A stretch of DNA of 40,473 nt, from the sequence record SRR20825019_493. One strand, given 5' to 3'. Shown one piece after another: positions 36,149-40,473 of this stretch. The position numbers and the translations under genes are program-made. Position 1 is the first letter of the stretch. Every line of letters begins with the position of its first letter. Below the pieces are notes generated by a model that saw nothing but the letters and a program-made list of their open reading frames with translations, was not told the origin of the DNA and made no database searches.

Positions 36149-37321
36149 ATGCCTGCGAAGAAAAACTCCTCGCTCGATCGGGTGCTCGGCCGCCTGGATA
36201 CACTGGACTCGGTTAATCTGACGAATCTTGTGCAACGGCTCGCGCGCGAGCGTGGCGTTTTTGAGGATATCTTTAATACGCTTCAGGAAGGCGTGCTGGT
36301 CGTCACGATTGATGGGGAAATCGAATACGCCAATGCATCGGCTCATCGACTGATCGGCTTGGGCGTTGACGATTTGGTCGGGGAGACGCTGTGGCGATTG
36401 GTGCCGGGCTTGGAACCTTCGTTGGGCGCGTCTCTGGATGATGAAGCGACCATGCCGGTAATGACTCGGGAGTTTGAGCTCACCTATCCTGAGCAACGCA
36501 CGGTGCGCCTTTATATGGTGCCATTCAAAGGGGTGAATCATTCCGGTGGCCGGCGGTTTGCGGTGATTCTGTCCGATATCACCCGTGACAAACAAAGCAC
36601 GGAAGAGCGGATCGAAAATGAACGCACTTCATCCGTTCTGTTGCTCGCGGCAGGAGTGGCTCATGAGTTGGGCAATCCACTCAATTCACTCACGATTCAT
36701 CTCCAACTGATCAATCGGAAGCTGAAGAAACTCAAAGCAAGCAAAGATCTGGATTCGGTGACTGATTCGATCCGGATCTGTGAAGGTGAAGTGCAGCGTC
36801 TCGATGGGATTATCAGTAATTTCCTCGAGGCGATTCGCCCGCAAACACCCGACCTGTCCGAAACAAACCTCACCGAAGTGTTGAGTGAAGTGCTCGATTT
36901 TCAGCAGCATGAGTTGGAAGATCGGGGGATTCAGGTGGAGGCGGAAACTCCTGAAGGGCTCCCGATCGTGATGGCGGATCGCAATCAGATAAAGCAGGTG
37001 TTTTTCAACTTACTCAAAAATGCCGTCGAGGCGATGCAGCCGGGAGGCAAACTGCATATCAGATCACGGGCTGATGATGAGATGATTTACCTCGCTTTTG
37101 GGGATAGTGGGGCGGGCATCAAACAGGAAGATTTGACCCGGCTCTTTCAGCCTTACCACACCACGAAGCAGGGCGGGAACGGTCTTGGTTTGATGGTTGT
37201 GCAACGCATCATGCGAGAACACGGCGGACAGATTGCCGTCGAGAGTAAGGAGGGAATTGGCACGGTAGTGACGCTGCAATTCCCACGGAAGGATCGTCGG
37301 GTGCGGATGCTGCGAAACTGA
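36149..37321 (+). CDS. Cytoplasmic PAS-domain sensor histidine kinase (NtrB-like)
   Basis: PAS, AHELGNPL (H-box), NLLKNA, DSGAG, GNGLGL. Confidence 0.9.
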   Translation: MPAKKNSSLDRVLGRLDTLDSVNLTNLVQRLARERGVFEDIFNTLQEGVLVVTIDGEIEYANASAHRLIGLGVDDLVGETLWRLVPGLEPSLGASLDDEATMPVMTREFELTYPEQRTVRLYMVPFKGVNHSGGRRFAVILSDITRDKQSTEERIENERTSSVLLLAAGVAHELGNPLNSLTIHLQLINRKLKKLKASKDLDSVTDSIRICEGEVQRLDGIISNFLEAIRPQTPDLSETNLTEVLSEVLDFQQHELEDRGIQVEAETPEGLPIVMADRNQIKQVFFNLLKNAVEAMQPGGKLHIRSRADDEMIYLAFGDSGAGIKQEDLTRLFQPYHTTKQGGNGLGLMVVQRIMREHGGQIAVESKEGIGTVVTLQFPRKDRRVRMLRN

Positions 37322-37327
37322 TTTTCG

Positions 37328-38305
37328 ATGGAGCTTTACCTGCACTATTTCAATTATCGCTGGCGCCGTCGCGCCAACCCCGAATTTGATTTGCACGCCT
37401 TGATCGATGAAGCGGCTGACTTGGGGTTTAGCGGTCTTAATCTGGGCGTCAAAAATCTGCCTCACCTGTTCTTGCTCAACAACGAACCGTCTTACTTGAC
37501 GGAAATTCGATCCCATTTGGAAGAGCGTGAGCTTGGGGTCGATACGGAAACGATGGGGCTCGATTTGGATGGGTTTACTACTGAACTGGAAACTTCCCGG
37601 CAATTGGGCGCGGAGTATTTGCGCACCTACATGCTGCGTTCCTATGAGCCTCGGGGAGGTGGCCTGCCGACTCATCTCATGGATGAGTTCGTGAAGTTTT
37701 TGTCGGAGGCAGCTCTATTGGCGGAGGAAGCGGGACTGACGATTCTGTTGGAAAATCACGAGGATCTCACCGCGACGGAAGTAGTGGAGGTTTTGGAGCG
37801 TGTGAACCATCCGCGCGTGCAAGCCTTGTTTGATTATGGCAACTCGGCGATCTTCATGGAGGAACCGCTGGTTTCAGCTCAGCGGTTGGGGAAGTATTCT
37901 CGCAGTGCGCATTTGAAGGATCATGTGGTGATCCGGGCGGGGGTGGCCGGGAATGACGAACCGCGTTGGCTCGGCGTGCCGTTAGGAGATGGTAATCTAC
38001 CGATTTTGGAAACGACGCGGATTTTGCAGGCGGCGGGCATGACTCGGGTTTGTTTTGAAAACTGCTGGGCCTACGATGCCCCTTTTCTTGACCGACGCGG
38101 CGACGGGGTGATGGGGAAAGGTGCCTTTGCTTATCGTGAACCGCCCTTCGATCCACGGATTTGTTTGCCGGGTTCTCATGAGACTGATTTGGATCTGGCG
38201 GCGATGGAGGGCGAAGTGATGATGGGCTCGTTGGCGTGGTTGGAACACACGTTTCGCGAAGGAGGCATTACCCTCGCGCGCCCGCTAAAGCTAACGCTTA
38301 CCTGA
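37328..38305 (+). CDS. Sugar phosphate isomerase/epimerase (TIM barrel)
   Basis: LENHED, FDYGN, HLKD, PLGDG, CFE. Confidence 0.85.
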   Translation: MELYLHYFNYRWRRRANPEFDLHALIDEAADLGFSGLNLGVKNLPHLFLLNNEPSYLTEIRSHLEERELGVDTETMGLDLDGFTTELETSRQLGAEYLRTYMLRSYEPRGGGLPTHLMDEFVKFLSEAALLAEEAGLTILLENHEDLTATEVVEVLERVNHPRVQALFDYGNSAIFMEEPLVSAQRLGKYSRSAHLKDHVVIRAGVAGNDEPRWLGVPLGDGNLPILETTRILQAAGMTRVCFENCWAYDAPFLDRRGDGVMGKGAFAYREPPFDPRICLPGSHETDLDLAAMEGEVMMGSLAWLEHTFREGGITLARPLKLTLT

Positions 38306-38337
38306 TTTCGTATCATCGACACTCTAGTTATCTCCCT

Positions 38338-40299
38338 ATGAAAGAAACGCACCTCCTGGTTAGCGATTGGAAACTGATGTATGCGGAGCCCAATCTGGGC
38401 CCGACCCAAGCCTGTTCGGCGTTGCCGCTCGGGGAACGCTGGATTGACGCTCAGGTGCCCGGTGAGGTGCACCTCGATTGTCAGCGCGCGGGTCAAATCG
38501 AGGATCCGTTCTACGGTCTCAATCATGATCAACAGCGTTGGATGGAGGAAATGGATTGGTGGTATCGCACGGAGGTCTCCCCTCCACCGATCGGCGATGG
38601 CCAGAGACTGCATTTGAATTTTGAAGGACTTGATACCTTTGCGACGATCTATCTCAACGGTGTCGAAGTAGGAAAACACCAAAACATGTTCACGCCGTTG
38701 CGACTCGATGTGACGGATCAGGTGAAAGCGGGTGAATCCAATCGACTCGAAGTCTGTCTCGGCGCGCCGTTGTTTCCTCCGGATCGTCCGGCGCGTCAAC
38801 CCGACGTGCGCGGCTACGGTCAAATCACGCGTTTGCAGGTGCGCAAATCGCAGTCGTGCTATGGTTGGAATATCTCCCCGCGTCTGGTGACCACGGGGAT
38901 CTGGAAACCCGTTTCCTGGCTGTTGGTCGAGTCGTTTGAAATTGAGGATGTGAGTGTGACGACCATAGCGCTGAACGGCGATGGTTCGGCGGAATTGGAA
39001 GCGCTCGTGGAGTTGCGTCAGAATCACGGTGCACCGGGTGCTGTTGAGATCGCGCTGACGGTGGCGGGACAATCGCAAACGCTGACAATCGATGTCGATC
39101 CGAGCGGTGGCCGTGTCGTCACGCGGTTTACCGTCGCGAATGCGAATCTCTGGTGGCCGCATGATCACGGCGCACAGCCACTCTACGAGTGGCACGCGGT
39201 GCTGAATCATGAAGGACGCGAGCTGGACCGGAGAAACGGTCGTTTCGGAATTCGCACGGTGCGTTTGATTCAGGAGCCGGACGACGATGGCGGTATCTCG
39301 TTCCTCTTCGCGATCAATGGAAAGAAGATCTTTCTGAAAGGGATGAATTGGACGCCGGCCGACGCGATTTTTTCGCGTGTGGATGAGGCTCGCTACGATC
39401 AGCTGCTCGCGATCACGAAGGATTCGAACATCAACGCGATGCGCGTGTGGGGTGGCGGTGTTTACGAGCTCGATTCGTTTTACGCGAAATGCGATGAACT
39501 CGGCATCCTGATTACCCATGACTTCATGTATGCCTGCGGCTGTTATCCGCAGGATCTCGCCTTTCTCGATGAAGCGCGGCGCGAGGCTGACTATCAGGTG
39601 AAACGATTGCGTCACTTCGCCTGCGTGATTGCGTGGTTCGGGGATAACGAAAACGATGTGCTCGCGGCCAACAGTTTTGGCTATCCCGCGTATCGTCACA
39701 ACCGGCTTAGCAAGGAGGTTCTGCGCGATGCCGTGCACACGCACGCTCCGCTCACGCCTTACGTGCCGACCTCGCCGTATTCACCGTTGAATCCCGATCA
39801 GGGAATCGATCTGGAAGGTGACTGCCATATCTGGGGACACGGGTTTTCCTATAAAGCGGATTTCTACGTGAAACAAAAACCGCGGATGGTGACCGAGATT
39901 GGTCACCTGAGTTTCCCCTCGCGCGAGGTGATCGAATCGTGGGTGCCGGGAGACAAGCTTTGGCCGATTTGGAACGAAGACTATCTCACGCATGGCGCGG
40001 ACTGCATCCGGCTCGACCGGCAGGGACGCTATCGTCAGCACTGGGACAGTATTCGTGCCCGCGGTTGGGAGGAACCAACCGATCTGGATGACATGATCGA
40101 GAAGACTCAGAAGCTCCAGGGCGAGGCCTCGAAGTTCTGGATCGAGTTCTATGGCAACCAACCGAATTGCTGGGGCATCTTCCTCTGGAATCTCGCCGAC
40201 AGTTGGCCGCAAATGTCGGATGCCTACATCGCGTATCCGTTCGATGTGAAATCGAGTCTGGGCTACGTGAAGGCAGCTTACGCTGCGTTGCAGAGATGA
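38338..40299 (+). CDS. Glycoside hydrolase family 2, beta-mannosidase-like
   Basis: VPGEVH..DPFYG, FEGLDT, RKSQSCYGW, KGMNWTPAD, RVWGGG, GDNE (acid/base), TEIG (nucleophile). Confidence 0.9.
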   Translation: MKETHLLVSDWKLMYAEPNLGPTQACSALPLGERWIDAQVPGEVHLDCQRAGQIEDPFYGLNHDQQRWMEEMDWWYRTEVSPPPIGDGQRLHLNFEGLDTFATIYLNGVEVGKHQNMFTPLRLDVTDQVKAGESNRLEVCLGAPLFPPDRPARQPDVRGYGQITRLQVRKSQSCYGWNISPRLVTTGIWKPVSWLLVESFEIEDVSVTTIALNGDGSAELEALVELRQNHGAPGAVEIALTVAGQSQTLTIDVDPSGGRVVTRFTVANANLWWPHDHGAQPLYEWHAVLNHEGRELDRRNGRFGIRTVRLIQEPDDDGGISFLFAINGKKIFLKGMNWTPADAIFSRVDEARYDQLLAITKDSNINAMRVWGGGVYELDSFYAKCDELGILITHDFMYACGCYPQDLAFLDEARREADYQVKRLRHFACVIAWFGDNENDVLAANSFGYPAYRHNRLSKEVLRDAVHTHAPLTPYVPTSPYSPLNPDQGIDLEGDCHIWGHGFSYKADFYVKQKPRMVTEIGHLSFPSREVIESWVPGDKLWPIWNEDYLTHGADCIRLDRQGRYRQHWDSIRARGWEEPTDLDDMIEKTQKLQGEASKFWIEFYGNQPNCWGIFLWNLADSWPQMSDAYIAYPFDVKSSLGYVKAAYAALQR

Positions 40300-40442
40300 A
40301 GGAGCCGTGGGGCAGGCGGTTTTAAGTTGGAAAGCAGGAACGCTTGAATGGGAACTGAGAGGCAAAGAATAGATGCCAAAGGATGAGGGGTCAGTTTTCA
40401 GAGTTCATGAGTTCCAGATTAATTCGGGATCTCGCGGGTAGA

Positions 40443-40473
40443 GGCCAAACTTTCACCCGCTTTGCGGGATCAA
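40443..40473 (-). repeat. GTAGCCGAA-family REP truncated by the window end
   Basis: ggccaaactttcacccgctttgcgggatcaa is nearly identical to 73-103. Confidence 0.85.

Noticed and set aside
1-40473. Window as a circular or direct-repeat-bounded element
   Set aside because: The terminal similarity is a dispersed REP, and the content is core chromosomal genes with no integrase or replicon functions.

Overview
A GC-rich bacterial chromosome segment, most likely Verrucomicrobiota (Opitutales). This is inferred from the PEP-CTERM autotransporter-repeat protein, RNase HIII plus HII, the short HemA and the sulfatase/PhyH content. About 30 genes are present. Housekeeping genes include lolE-like/lolD, a GnnA-like oxidoreductase with lpxB, ccsA/hemX-like with hemA, an RsmB-family methyltransferase, dnaE, rpsU, mutY and rnhC-rnhB. 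Accessory genes include a 1415-aa PEP-CTERM surface protein, LysE, a CDF-like transporter, a frameshifted glutaredoxin-MauE gene, a sulfatase, two PhyH dioxygenases, AraC, an aldo/keto reductase, two TIM-barrel isomerases, a GH2 beta-mannosidase and two histidine kinases. The most notable content is non-coding. An intact REP-associated Y1/HUH transposase (RAYT, 32368-32904) is flanked by four GTAG-tagged REPs with a stem-TGA-inner hairpin-GAA-stem fold. Related REPs recur at 73-227, 22083-22172 and the right window end, with compensatory base changes. Several other palindromic families (GTRG-8bp-GTCCCN-8bp, GTAG-CCGG, CGTC-type) and 8-9-nt periodic repeats pile up in the same intergenic hot spots. 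One inverted pair brackets the LysE/CDF/MauE block. No rRNA, tRNA or CRISPR array was seen. All calls come from reading the sequence by eye; no searches were run.
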